The notes: a model not told the origin generated them from the letters alone. A stretch of DNA of 64,000 bases from Octopus vulgaris (GCA_951406725.2 OX597817.1:158224001-158288000); one strand, 5' to 3'; positions 23,020 to 34,727 are shown, counted from the stretch's first letter. A program made the numbers and translations.

Positions 23020-23530
23020 GATGTCTGAGTGTAGCAGTTGTACTTCTAAATTTGAGAGCAATACTCCTTTGTGTCTTGGAAAGATCGTCAGTGATGGTGA
23101 GGCCTAGCATTTGTAGTAAACTTGAGGTCTCAAGTTACATGATGTTTGTGTTTAAGGAGTAGAGTACAATACTGATTTCTTGAAATGTACAGAGATTGTG
23201 TCAATGAAAGTGATATAGTTTGCATAAACCTGTTGGAGAATGCTTTCAAAGTCTCTCTTTACAGAGTTAGTATAAATTTGTGAAAGGTTTCTAGATTATG
23301 CTTTGGTACAGACTTAAGGAGATATGAAGAGTAATATCAAAGACAGAGGAATGCATTGTTGAAGGTAATAGCAAGAAAATAATTGATATATAAGAGAAAA
23401 AGGGTTGGGGGACAAAACCAAACTCAGTGGCACACTAGAATACATAGAATATGGGTAAGAGATGCAATCTTATAGGAGACCTCTAATTCAAGAAGAGATA
23501 AATTGTAGTGTGATGGAGGAAAAAGAAGCA
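23020..23530 (-). pseudogene. Highly degenerate non-LTR RT remnant (CR1/L2/Jockey-like)
   Basis: Minus strand near 23440-23380 resembles the GVPQGSVLSP..F..YIN motif; heavily decayed. Confidence 0.4.
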
Positions 23531-23834
23531 AAGGGGAGAATGAAATACAGAGACCTTACCTGTTGACCTAGGCGGGATGAGCAATCACTCTCAAGAAGTA
23601 AACATGTCCTTGCACGCTGCCGTCTCTTATCGAACTGTCTGCATGTGCTTCCGTCCCATGGCTGTTCTGCCAGCCCCTGTATCTTATAGAAATCATCCCT
23701 TATACTGACAAAATGGTATCTGCTAGTAGATTATTGGAAGAAAAGCATTTTAGTCTGAGATCTTGTCACATTTCAAAGTTATGTTTTATGCTTCTCAGAT
23801 AACATAGCTAAATAGAAGACACTGTATAACAAAA

Positions 23835-24032
23835 AACCCAGCTCTGACTCTGTAGTATTAATGTCTTGTTTTCATAAGTTTTTCATTAAAATCTCCCACC
23901 AAACCTTAGTCACAATTTATGTTCCTAACACTAGCGTAATGATAAGTAAGTTGTTTTACTAAATTCTTTATTATATTTTAAATAATTGAAAGAAACACAG
24001 AGCATCTCAAAATAAATACAGTAACAAAAGGG
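23835..24032 (+). mobile_element. piggyBac-type MITE (family 2), left end lost
   Basis: Body matches 13793-14013; ends GTAACAAAAGGG|TTAA. Confidence 0.7.
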
Positions 24033-24228
24033 TTAATTTTGGCAGTTTGCCATATTTTCTTAATCTAGTTTTACAGGATTATTTCAATCACTCTAGTCTC
24101 TCTCCTATAAGCCATTGTTCTTTTCTAACAATGCTATCTATACATCAAGATTGTAGTTGAAGCCTTTTCTGAATACAAACTGTTCTATTTAAAATGATAA
24201 TGTCATTGTCAGATTGTTGATAATTTTC

Positions 24229-24449
24229 ATCTTTAGTGTTCAGATTACTCTGTTAAATGTAATGCTTTTTTATTTAAATTGTTTTGAATTAATCATACAT
24301 TACCTTATAGCTTTGAGGTTTCAATGATGTGATTGTTTATTTTTAGACTGTCAATGTAGGTTAGGTGTGAGAGGCTAGATATGGCCAGTTTGAATATAAA
24401 ATATGTAGAATATATTGGGCCGGATTTGGCCAGTTTAAACACTAAAGGG
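24229..24449 (-). mobile_element. piggyBac MITE (family 1)
   Basis: CTTTAGTGTTCAGATTAC...AAACACTAAAGGG|TTAA. Confidence 0.8.
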
Positions 24450-24528
24450 TTAATTTATTTCCACAGGTTTTGTCAATCTTTTGTTGTGCTTTCTTTAGGG
24501 CTTTATTCAGAATTGAAGTCTTAAGTTA

Positions 24529-24980
24529 CGTTTATATATTTGTTTTGCAAGATTTTTGATGTGAAATTGTGTGTTGAAACAGATATTGTTGTATTTAGGA
24601 ATGGTCATTTTGCCAGTTTAGCCAATAAAAACACACGCACTATATATTTGGTGTTACTTTGCTTCAGCGTTATATATTTTTTACATTAATCTTAATCTTA
24701 TTTCGGCCAGAGTTCTTTCGTCACACTCCTATGACCTCATCAGAATAGGAATACAAAATACAAAATGGCTCACCTTTAGTAAGGAGAGACACACAAATAA
24801 GAAAGAAGAAAGCAAAGGACCACTGATGGGGTCATAGGTGTGTGACGAAAGAACTCTGGCTGAAATAAGATTAAGATTAATGTAAAAAATATATAACGCT
24901 GAAGCAAAGTAACACCAAATATATAGTGCGTGTGTTTTTATTGGCTAAACTGGCAAAATGACCATTCCTAAATACAACAA
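24529..24980. mobile_element. Penelope-like fold-back element with inverted 158-bp arms and hammerhead-like cores
   Basis: Arms 24586-24743 and 24823-24980 are inverted with ~3 mismatches; TSD AAGTCTTAAGTTA (24516-24528 / 24980-24992); each arm starts CTGATG(A/G)G-GTCATA-GG(A/T)G-TGTGAC-GAAA. Confidence 0.7.
24818..24860 (+). ncRNA. Candidate minimal type I hammerhead ribozyme
   Basis: CCA-CUGAUGG-G-[GUCAUA/UGUGAC stem II]-GAAA-GAAC-UC-UGG; the antisense twin ending at 24743 has the canonical CUGAUGA. Confidence 0.45.
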
Positions 24981-25324
24981 AGTCTTAAGTTATTTTCTTC
25001 ATATTTATTAAAATGTAAGCTTTGTCTTTTACTTGCTTCTGTCATTAGACTGGATGTCTCAGTTGAACAAATTTCTCCCAGTACTTATTTTATCAGCCCA
25101 TTTGGCTAAACTGCTAAGTTACAGGGATGTAAACAAACCAATTCCAGTTGTCAAGCAGTGGTGGAGATACAAACACAAAGATAAGCACTCATATATAGAC
25201 AGGTTTCCACAGTTTCTATCTCTCGAATCCACTCGCAAGATATTGGTCGGCCCCAGGGCTATAGAAGACATTTTTCCAAGGTGCCATGCAGTACCCCAAA
25301 CTTGTAGTGGAGAGGTAATCAATT

Positions 25325-25707
25325 ATTCTTTTACACATTTCAGTCATTTGACTGCGGCCATGCTGGAACACCACCTTTAGTCGAAGAAATCAACCCCAGG
25401 ACTTATTCTTTGTAAGCCTAACACTTATTCTATCAGACTCTTTTGTCAAACTGCTAAGTTTCGGGGACATAAACACACCAACATCGGTTGTCAAGTGATG
25501 GTGGAGGGATAAACACAAACACATAAATATATATACATATCTATACATGACAGGCTTCTTTCAGTTTCTATCTAGCAAATTCACTCACAAGGCTTTGGTT
25601 GGCCTGAGGCTATAGTAGAAGACATTTGCCCAAGGTGCCACACAGTGAGACTGAACCTGGAACCATGTGATTGGGAAGCAAGCTTCTTACTACACAGCTA
25701 CGACTGC
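25325..25707 (-). mobile_element. SINE family A (an older copy is adjacent at ~25020-25290)
   Basis: Reverse complement of the family A sequence. Confidence 0.8.
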
Positions 25708-25964
25708 ATTTACTGTACAAAATATATGCCTTTCTCTTTTCCAAAATGTATTAGCATTGTTCAAGGATCATTGTTAGGTGGTGAATCAAATGGATAAATC
25801 CATGAACAACCAGCCAAGAGGTTGAGGATTCACATGTTACTAACATTGTAATATGTCCATGGGTAAAACAATAACTCTCATACAATCAAATTAAATCACC
25901 TGAAGGCTGCTGTATTTGACAATTATCATTTTAGTGTCCACTTTTCCATGCTTGTAAAGGAATT

Positions 25965-26403
25965 CATCATCATCATCATCATCATTTAGCGTCTGCTTTC
26001 CAATGCTAGCATGGGTTGGACGGTTTAATTGGGGTCTGTGAAGCCGGAAGGCTTCATCAGGCCCAGTCAGATTTGGCAGTGTTTCTACAGCTGGATGCCC
26101 TTCCTAATGCCAACCACTCCGTGAGTGTAGTGGGTGCTTTTTACGTGCCACCTGCACAGGTGCCAGACAGAGCTGGCAAACGGCCACGAATGGGTGGTGT
26201 TTTTATGTGCCACCGGCACGGGGGCCAGGCGTGGATGGCAACGGACACAAACGGATGGTGCTTTTACGTGCTACCGGCCCGGGGGCCAGGCGAGGCTGGC
26301 AACGGACACAAACGGATGGTGATTTTACGTGCTACCGGCCCGGGGGCCAGGTGAGGCTGGCAACGGACACAAGCGGATGGTGCTTTTACGTGCCACCGGC
26401 ACG
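25965..26403 (-). mobile_element. RTE 3'-end repeat (family B) with an expanded ~60-bp tandem array
   Basis: About 4.5 units of GGTGCTTTTACGTG...GGGGCCAGG...GGCAACGGACACAAACGGAT between 26133 and 26403. Confidence 0.8.
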
Positions 26404-26466
26404 TTAGGGCAAATTTACTACAGCAGGTTCTCTTTCATGTTGCCAAACCTCACCTGTTTCCAGGAA

Positions 26467-26858
26467 TTCTTTTATTTGTTTCAATCATTTGACTGCGGCC
26501 ATGCTGGAGCACCACCCTTAGTTGAGCAAATTGACCCCAGGACTTATTCTTTGTAAGCCATGTACTTATTCTATCAGTCTCTCTTGCTGAACTGCTATGT
26601 TACAGCGCCGTAAACACACCAGCATCGGTTGCCAAGTGATGTTGAGGAGACAAACACAGACACACAAACATATACATACCCACACACACATATATACGAC
26701 GGGCTTCTTTCAGTTTCTGTCTACCAAATCCACTCACAAGGCATTGGTCGGCCCAAGGCTATAGTAGAAGACACTTGCCCAAGGTGCCACGCAGTGGGAC
26801 TGAACCTGGAACCATGTGGTTGGTAAGCAAGCTACTTACCACACAGCCACTCCTGCAC
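26467..26858 (-). mobile_element. SINE family A
   Basis: Reverse complement of the family A sequence. Confidence 0.8.
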
Positions 26859-27126
26859 ATGGTTATATTTCTCCATAACCAGACATGTATTCCACTAAAG
26901 AGTGGAAATGAACAGCATCACTTGTATGCTAGTGATGCTCATTTACAATCGCCCACCACAAAAGAATTGATATCCAAAAACCAAGGTGCCATGTAAAAAG
27001 CAATGGTAATGGTGCCACATAAAAAGTATCCTGTGCACTCTGTAAAGTGGTTGGCATTAGGAAGGGCATCCAGCTGTAGAAACCAAACCAAATCAGACTA
27101 TGGAACCTGATGTGGCCCTTGGCCTT

Positions 27127-27324
27127 TTGTTGTTGTTGTTAAGCAACAAGACGGGTAAGGGTGATTAGGTGATGGTCTAGGGCTTAGGGGCAGGAGACCC
27201 CAGACCTTGGAAGAAAAAACAAACTTTGGTCGAGGGTGCTTCGTTTGACGCCCGGCACCACTGGGAGGTGGCCCTCGAAGTCGCTGGAAATGGAGATCTC
27301 CAGGTCCAAATTCTTGAACGGCGA
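27127..27324 (-). mobile_element. 5'-truncated GC-rich retroposon 3' end with (ACA)n tail, nested in a family B copy
   Basis: 11-bp TSD CCCTTGGCCTT (27116-27126 / 27325-27335); (TTG)n at the left end. Confidence 0.65.
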
Positions 27325-27660
27325 CCCTTGGCCTTGCCAGCTCCTGTCAAGCTATCCAGCCCTTGTCAGCCATGAAAATGGATGTTAAATGATGATGTTG
27401 ATGATTGACATGATGTCAAGACAAGAGTACACAAAGATTATATATTATATTTATTTAATGATGGAACTTGAAGTCAAGCTATAAACAATAGCATGTAAAT
27501 ACTAGGTTAAAAGAAAAAAAAAATCAAAGGCTACCCACACAACAAGTCAACATTTCCTGTGAACATGACAGATGTTCTGCCATTGTACCAAAGAAATTCT
27601 ACAAATTTCACCATCCATTGTAGAAGCTTTAATCTTACCAGCTAGGACTGTATTTACATA

Positions 27661-28030
27661 AGGCTGTGTGGTAAGTTGCTTGATTACCAACCACATGGTT
27701 CCGGGTTCAGTCCCACTGCATGGCACCTTGGGCAAGTGTCTTCTACTATAGCCTTGGGCCGATGAAAGCCTTGTGAGGGGATTTGGCAGATGGAATCTGA
27801 AAGAAGCCCATCGTATATATATGTTTGTGTGTCTGTGTTTGTCCCCCCAACATTGCTTGACAACTGATGCTGGTGTGTTTACATCCCTATAACTTAGCGG
27901 TTTGGCAAAAGAGACTGATAGAATAAGTACTAGGCTTTCAAAGAATAAGTCCTGGGGTCGATTTGCTCAACTAAAGGTGGTGCTCCAGCATGGCCACAGT
28001 CAAATGACTGAAACAAGTAAAAGAGTAAAA
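27661..28030 (+). mobile_element. SINE family A
   Basis: Matches 288-655. Confidence 0.85.
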
Positions 28031-28109
28031 TGTTTAGAGACATGAAATAAATCATTTTTAATGGAGGTACTTTAAGTAGGTAATGCCAAAGGGTGTAGAA
28101 GATACTTGT

Positions 28110-28340
28110 TCAAGGTACTCTCTCTCTCTCTTTTCTCTTTTACTTGTTTCAGTCATTTGACTGCGGCCATGCTGGAGCACCGCCTTTAATCGAGCAACTC
28201 GACCCCGGGACTTATTCTTTTGTAAGCCCAGTACTTATTCTATCGGTCTCTTTTGCCGAACCGCTAAGTAACGGGGACATAAACACACCAGCATCGGTTG
28301 TCAAGCAATGCTAGGGGGACAAACACAGACACACACACGC

Positions 28341-28373
<33 letters not shown>

Positions 28374-28430
28374 TACGACGGGCTTCTTTCAGTTTCCGTC
28401 TACCAAATCTACTCACAAGGCTTTGGTTGG
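28110..28430 (-). mobile_element. SINE family A (5'-truncated), tail-to-tail with the previous copy
   Basis: Reverse complement of the family A 3' portion. Confidence 0.8.
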
Positions 28431-28679
28431 TACAATGCAGTGGGATTTAAAATCAAACTTCATGGTTAAAAAGCAACTTTAATTACACAGTCATGCCTGC
28501 ACTTAAGAGTTGACAATAATTTAAATTATATTTTGCTGTGTCTGGGGAGAGTCAATTTCTTTTTATGCCTTATAATTTAACACACTCACCAGTAAAATTT
28601 CCACTTATTTCTTATTTTTATTTTCCTAAAATTTTTTCAATAGTCTTCACTGTCTGTTATTTACAGTGTTCCTTTTTGT

Positions 28680-28990
28680 TTGTTTGTGTGTGTGTGTGTG
28701 TGCCTATGCATGCATGCATGTACGTATGTATGCATGTGTGTGTATGTATGTATTCTGCATATTCATGTGCTTGCATGTCCATGTTTGTGTATTTTGTGTG
28801 TGGGCATGTGTTTGTATATGTATGCACCTCTGTCTCCTTGTGTGTGTGTTTTGCAACTATGTACCATATTTGTATGTATGGATGTGCATCTATGTGTGGA
28901 TCTGTGTCTCCATGTGTCCTTGTATGGAGTAAAGTGTGTGTGTGTGTATATGGTCATGTGTTTCAGTCTCCATTTGCGTATGTGTGCTTG
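28680..28990. repeat. Degenerate (TG)n/(TATG)n low-complexity tract
   Basis: Directly visible dinucleotide and tetranucleotide repeats. Confidence 0.8.
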
Positions 28991-28992
28991 TG

Positions 28993-29370
28993 TGGAGGCG
29001 CAATGGCCCAGTGGTTAGGGCAGCGGACTCGCGGTCATAGGATCACGGTTTCGATCCCCAGACCGGGCGTTGTGAGTGTTTATTGAGCGAAAACACCTAC
29101 GAGGCTCCGGCAGGGGATGGTGGTGATCCTTGCTGTACTCTTTCGCCACAGCTTTCTCTCACTCTTACTTCCTGTTTCTGTTGTACCTGTATTTCAAAAG
29201 GGCTGGCCTTGTCACTTTCTGTGTCATGCTGAATATCCCCGAGAACTACGTTAAGGGTGCCCGTGTCTGTGGAGTGCTCAGCCACTTGCACGTTAATTTC
29301 ACGAGCAGGCTGTTCCGTTGATTCGGATCAACCGGAACCCCTCGTCGTCGTAACCGACGGAGTGCTTCCA
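28993..29370 (+). mobile_element. SINE family C
   Basis: GGAGGCGCAATGGCCCAGTGG head; TSD TGTGTGCTTGT. Confidence 0.85.
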
Positions 29371-29645
29371 TGTGTGCTTGTCTGTTCAGTCCGTATGTTG
29401 ATCTGTTTATTTTCATATCCATATGCTTACATACATGTGCATACACACACACTCAAATCCCAAAATAAAATATAAATTATATTTGCCTCTTTAGCAACTC
29501 TACAGGGATCATTATTTTCAATTGTAACTGTATATTGGCCCTGTGGTCATGTTCAACACTTAAATGGTTGAGATCTAAAGATTTTGGTGGTTGTTTTGTA
29601 AGTAAACATCACAGCCACAGTAACAAGAAAATAGTCATTTAAGAT

Positions 29646-30288
29646 TAGTATTTTTCGACCATTTTTTACCCATGGACCCCTTTGATTTGTACTTTACTCA
29701 GATGGGCCCACATTGCCATTCAATGTTTAAAACAATCCTATTATATATATATAATTAAATTAGCAGTATCGCCTCGCATTGCTCGGGTTTGTTTCAACCC
29801 CTTTAGAATTGGACTTTCTGAAAAGTAAAAATTTTGCATTATGTAGCTTGTTATTCTCTTTGAGTGAATATTTTTCTGGTTGAAATACACCGAAAAATGG
29901 CGACACAGCAGTAAAAAAATCGTAAAATATAGGGATTTTCATAGAAAAAAAGCACCTTTTTGCTGTAAATAATTTTTGGTGTTAACATGGTCCGATTTGA
30001 ATTTTTTCTTCTACAGAAGGAAGAGCAAGCTTTCTATCATACTCTCAATTTTGGTCAACTTGCGCCGCAGGGTCTCGGAGGAGATAGTGTTAGTTGAAGG
30101 CTACCAAACCTGCTATACACAGACAACTTCAGCTTTATATATCTAGAGATATTGTTAGTAACTGTATAAAAGAATTTACAATATTTTGTGTATTGCAGAA
30201 GTAAAACCAATTTATTGTACATAAATTTTAATAACAAAATCTTACGAGGATCCCAGCAGGTCATATGAACCCTGGTTAAGAACCACTG
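29646..30288. mobile_element. Old hAT-like MITE interrupted by a Helitron
   Basis: Right end GGTTAAGAACCACTG, degenerate left end TAGTATTTTTCGACC; near-TSD TTTAAGAT / TTTTAGAT. Confidence 0.5.
29760..30149 (-). mobile_element. Non-autonomous Helitron (type H2)
   Basis: Reverse complement of 22496-22887, including the 3' hairpin and CTAA end. Confidence 0.8.
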
Positions 30289-30758
30289 TTTTAGATGAAT
30301 TTATCTAAGGATGTATACAGTCATTCATCGTTTAATATCCGCCTTCCATGCTGGCATTGGTGGAATGGTTTGACAGGAGCTGGCCAGGCAGAAGTCTGCA
30401 CCAGATTTCTGTGACTGTTTTGGCAGGATTGTTACAGCTGGATGCCCTTCCTAACACCAACTACCCAGCAGAGTGGGCTTAGTGCTTTTTACATGTCACA
30501 AGCGAGGTCAGTTTTAGTAAGGCTTTTACAGCTGGATGCCCTTCCAAATGGCAACCACTTTACAGTGCGGTCTGGATGCTTTTTTACAAAGGGCTACATT
30601 TAAAGCATTTCTGCTGTTTAAATTTTTCTTTATAACAAAAATTCATCAAGATGCAATATTTGTGAGGTTAAAGAATTCAACTGCTGACCACAGAGTGAGT
30701 AGTTCAATCCTTATTATCAGTGTGATCATAATATGCACCGGTAGAATACAGCTATTGT

Positions 30759-31167
30759 AAGGCGGTGAGCTGGTAGAAACGTTAGCACGCCGGGCGAAAT
30801 GCTTAGCGGTATTTTGTCTGCTGCTACGTTCTGAGTTCAAATTTCGCCGAGGTTGACTTTGACTTTCATCCTTTCGGGGTTCGATTAAATAAGTACCAGT
30901 TACGCACTGGGGTCGATATAATCCATTTGTCTGTCCTTGTTTGTCCTTTCTGTGTTTAGCTCCTTATGGGTAGTAAAGAAATAGGTATTTCGTCTGCTGC
31001 TATGTTCTGAGTTCAAATTCCGCCGAGGTCGACTTTGCCTTCCATCCTTTCGGGGTCGATTAAATAAGTACCAGTTATGCACTGGGGTCGATATAATCGA
31101 CTTAATCTGTTTGTCTGTCCTTGTTTGTCCCCTCTGTGTGCATCACCTTGTGGGCAGTAAATAAATA
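30759..31167 (+). mobile_element. tRNA-like SINE (family D), internally dimeric
   Basis: GGCGGTGAGCTGG head, GAGTTCAAATT B-box-like, GCCTT(T)CATCCTTTCGGGGTCGAT-type core present twice; 16-bp TSD AGAATACAGCTATTGT. Confidence 0.8.
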
Positions 31168-31551
31168 AGAATACAGCTATTGTTTGACTGACAAAGATAG
31201 GCACCACAGTTGAAAAATGTTTATCATCGTTTTAACATCCACTATACCAGGTTTGCATGGACTGGATGGGTTTTCTTGAAACAGATTTCAATGGCCAAAT
31301 ACCTTTGTTGTCACCAACTTTCCCATTTCCAGGCAAGGTAATATTTCTTCATATCCAGACAGGTTTTTGCAGAATACTGGAAATGAATGACACTGCTTGT
31401 ATGACAGTAACACTTATTTACATCTGTCGTGATATCAAAACAAAGATGTAAACATACACACAATGTATATATATATACATAATTCAAAAATAGGATAAAA
31501 TCTTTACAAGAATTTATCAAGTAGTTATTTCTCTTAAATATAATTTATTTA

Positions 31552-31696
31552 TATTGAGGGCATTACTATACATAAATGCCACACACTAGGAGGGACTCTT
31601 AAAGTCAAAACTACCATGTGTTTATTTATTTTGGTAGTTTTGACTTTAGGAGTCCCTCCTAGCATGTGACATTTATGTATAGTAATGCCCCCAATA
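31552..31696. repeat. Long hairpin (65-bp arms, 15-nt loop), probable palindromic MITE
   Basis: TATTGAGGGCATTACTATACATAAATG...CTACCA / TGGTAG...CATTTATGTATAGTAATGCCCCCAATA; abuts a (TA)n tract. Confidence 0.75.
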
Positions 31697-32900
31697 TATA
31701 TATATATATATATATAGGATGGGCTACTTTCAATTTTTGTCTACCAAATTCAGAAGTAGGGAAGGCATCCAGTATTGAAAATAATTACCTCAATAAATAA
31801 ATTATTCCACCTGTGGAAGAATGGCAAATATATTAAAAAGCATCAAGATAAAATCCAGCAATAATAAGTTGTAAGAGTTTGTAATGATTGTGGCTAAGGG
31901 ACTTTCCTCGCATTTTTTTATATTATGGATGGTCTAAGTGACATTAATGATCTGACCAGTTACAGATTTCTCAAAGAGAATACTAGAGTCACTGCCCCAC
32001 CATTTCTTACTTTATAACTAATAAAACACTTGTTCATTATACACTGAACCTATTCATGTTACAACCATGTAAACCATTTATAGTTAAGTTATACCTGATC
32101 TCCATCATCCTACCTTTCCTGATGGAGTGCCCTTGTGTCTCCTCTACAGAAAGATACCTGTTGTTATCCCTCTTTCCTTCCTTAACCTCTCCAGACTTGG
32201 CACAATGCTACTGCCTTCAATATTTCACCTTCACTCTGTGAAGGGATCATATTTTGTATGTTACTTGGTGACCCAACTAGTGCAGGTGCCATGAAAAAAG
32301 CAAAAAAAAAGCACTTGGTACACTTTGTAAAATGGTTGGCATGAGGAAGGGCATCTAGCTGTAGAAACCTTGCCAAACCAAACAACAGAGACCAACCCAA
32401 CTCTCAAGCTAATCACATCCTGGTAAACCATTCGACTCATGCCAGTAGAGAATGTGAAAGTTAAATGAAGATGGTTTGGCTCTGAACACAGTACAATGCT
32501 GGGATATGAACTGTTGACTTCTTAATTAACAAACTGACATTACTGTCAGGACTGGGTGTAATTAGCTTCAAGGACATGATGTAATATCTTCATCATCATC
32601 ATCGTTTAATGATCACGCTTGGATGGTGCTCTAAGTGCTCCACTAGCAAGGATGCCAGTCATCAAATTTGATTTTGATTTCCCTTGCCTCAACAGGTCTT
32701 CGCAAGCAGTGTCCAATGAAAGCAAGGTATGCATAAATGTTAGAAAAATTGCCTTTGACTGATATATTTACATTACGTATGATATAGATGGCTATTTCAT
32801 GCCAACTACTTTTAAGCAAGGAAATAAGGGCAGAAAATAAATAAATAAATAAAACAACTAAAGGATGTAGAATTTAAATCCTTTCATTAGCACACTGCTT

Positions 32901-34395
32901 TCATCATCATCATCGTTTAACGTCTGTTTTCCGCGCTAGCACGGGTTGGACGGTTCGACTGGGGCTGCTCCAGGCTCCAGTCTGATCTGGCAGAGTTTCT
33001 ATGGCTGGATGCCCTTCCTAACGCCAACCACTCCGCGAGTGTAGTGGGTGCTTTTTACATGCCACCTGCACAGGTGCCAGGGGGGTCTGGCATCGGCCAC
33101 AATCGGTTGGAGCTTTTAACGTGCCACCGGCATGGAAGCCAGCCAACAACCACGTTTGGATGGTGTTTTTAAATGCCATCGGCACAGAAGCCAGTCGGGG
33201 CAGCGCTGGCATCGGCCACATTCGGATGGTGCTTTTTATGTGCTACCGGCACAGAAGCCAGTCGAGGCGGCGCTGGCAACGGCCACGTATGGATGGTGCT
33301 TTTTATGCCACTGGCACAGGTATCACAACTACTATTTCCATTGATATTTATTTCGATGTTCATGTACTTGACTCAACAGGTCTCCTCAAGCACAGCGGGA
33401 CGTTCTGGGATCCAGGGTACTTTGAATGGGCAGGGGGCTATGCGGAACTGGTGCATGAAGCAGCCCGGGTCTTTGCAGTCACAGTATATCTCCAGAGATC
33501 TTGGTCCTTCGCCATTGCCTCAGTGAGGCCCAACGCTCTGAGGTCATGCTTGACTACCTCATCCCATGTCTTCCTGGGTCTACCTCTCCCCCTGATACCT
33601 CCAACTGTTTGGGAGTGGCACTTCTTCACACATCTCTCCTCATCCATCCACAGTACATGACCATACCATCGCAAGCGTCGCTCTTGCATACCACATCTGA
33701 TGCTTCCTATGTCCAGCATTTCTCTCAGGGTGCTTACACTGTCGTGCATGCACACTGACATTACTCATCCAGTGGATCATGCTAGCTTCATTTCTTTCAA
33801 GTCTACGCATGTCCTCTGCAGTCACAGCCCATGTTTCACTACCGTGAAGCATGGCAGTTCGCACACATGCATCATACTATCTACCTTTCACTCTGAGCGA
33901 GAGACCCTTTGTTGCCAGTAGGGGTAGGAGCTTTCTAAACTTTACCCAGGCTATTCGTATTCTAGTGGTGATACTCTCTGAGCATCCACCTCCACTACTA
34001 ACTTGGTCACCCAGGTAACGGAAACTATCAACTACTTCTAGTTTCTCCCCCTGGAGTGTGATGGAATCTGTTTTCTGAGTGTCTGTGGTGTCTATTGTCC
34101 CTGTGCATCTGCCGCACATGAAAGCTATCTTATCAGTTAATTTCCCTTTGATGTTGCTGCACCTCTTATGCGTCCATAGCTTACATTGGGTGCATCTTAT
34201 GGAGTTTCTACCTACACCTTTCCTACAGATTGAGCAGGGCCACCTGCCCGAGGGTTTGTGTGCTGAGTTCGCCTTTCTGCTTACAATAACTTTGGTCTTT
34301 GCTACATTTACTCTAAGGCTCTTTGATTCTAACCCTTGTTTCCACACCCAAAATTTCTTTTCTAGTTCCGGTAGTGATTCTGCTATGAGAGCCAG
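32901..34395 (-). mobile_element. 5'-truncated RTE-clade LINE (RT C-terminus, PHD-type finger, 3' UTR, (ATG)n tail)
   Basis: LALIAES...LRVNVAKTKV...LEVVDSFRYLG...MLHGSETW...RRLRWYGHV...RGRGRPRKTW; a stop at 33877 and a frameshift near 33760; the 3' UTR is identical in type to family B repeats. Confidence 0.9.
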
Positions 34396-34727
34396 AATTC
34401 TAGGATTTAATATTTCGGTTAGCAATGAACATCAAATTACTTACCTTCATCGACAAGTTTCATACAAGTGAAAAGTATTACTTCTGAAAAAAAACAACAA
34501 CTATTGGCGGCGAGAATATACAAAAATCAGTTCAATGAAGTTCACAAAACAGAATGAAGTTGCATAGTTTGAAATAAGAATTTTTAACATTTTGGGACTT
34601 GCCAAAAAATGGAGAGGAGAACACTGTTTTGTGAACTTTAGTGAGCTCTCACTAGAAAGCAGCTTACTAGCAGATTGTTGCTAGATTTTAGCCGTAAAAT
34701 AAAGATGTTCTCTAAAGACTGAATACA

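Noticed and set aside
26133-26403. Regularly spaced GC-rich repeats resembling a CRISPR array
   Set aside because: The units are contiguous tandem copies with no unique spacers, lie inside an RTE 3' UTR, have no cas genes nearby, and the context is eukaryotic.
28993-29070. tRNA gene (also the heads of SINE families A and D)
   Set aside because: A/B-box-like heads run directly into multi-copy SINE bodies with TSDs; no convincing complete cloverleaf.
28538-29086. 182-aa Cys/Val-rich ORF
   Set aside because: Translation of a (TG)n/(TATG)n tract running into a SINE.
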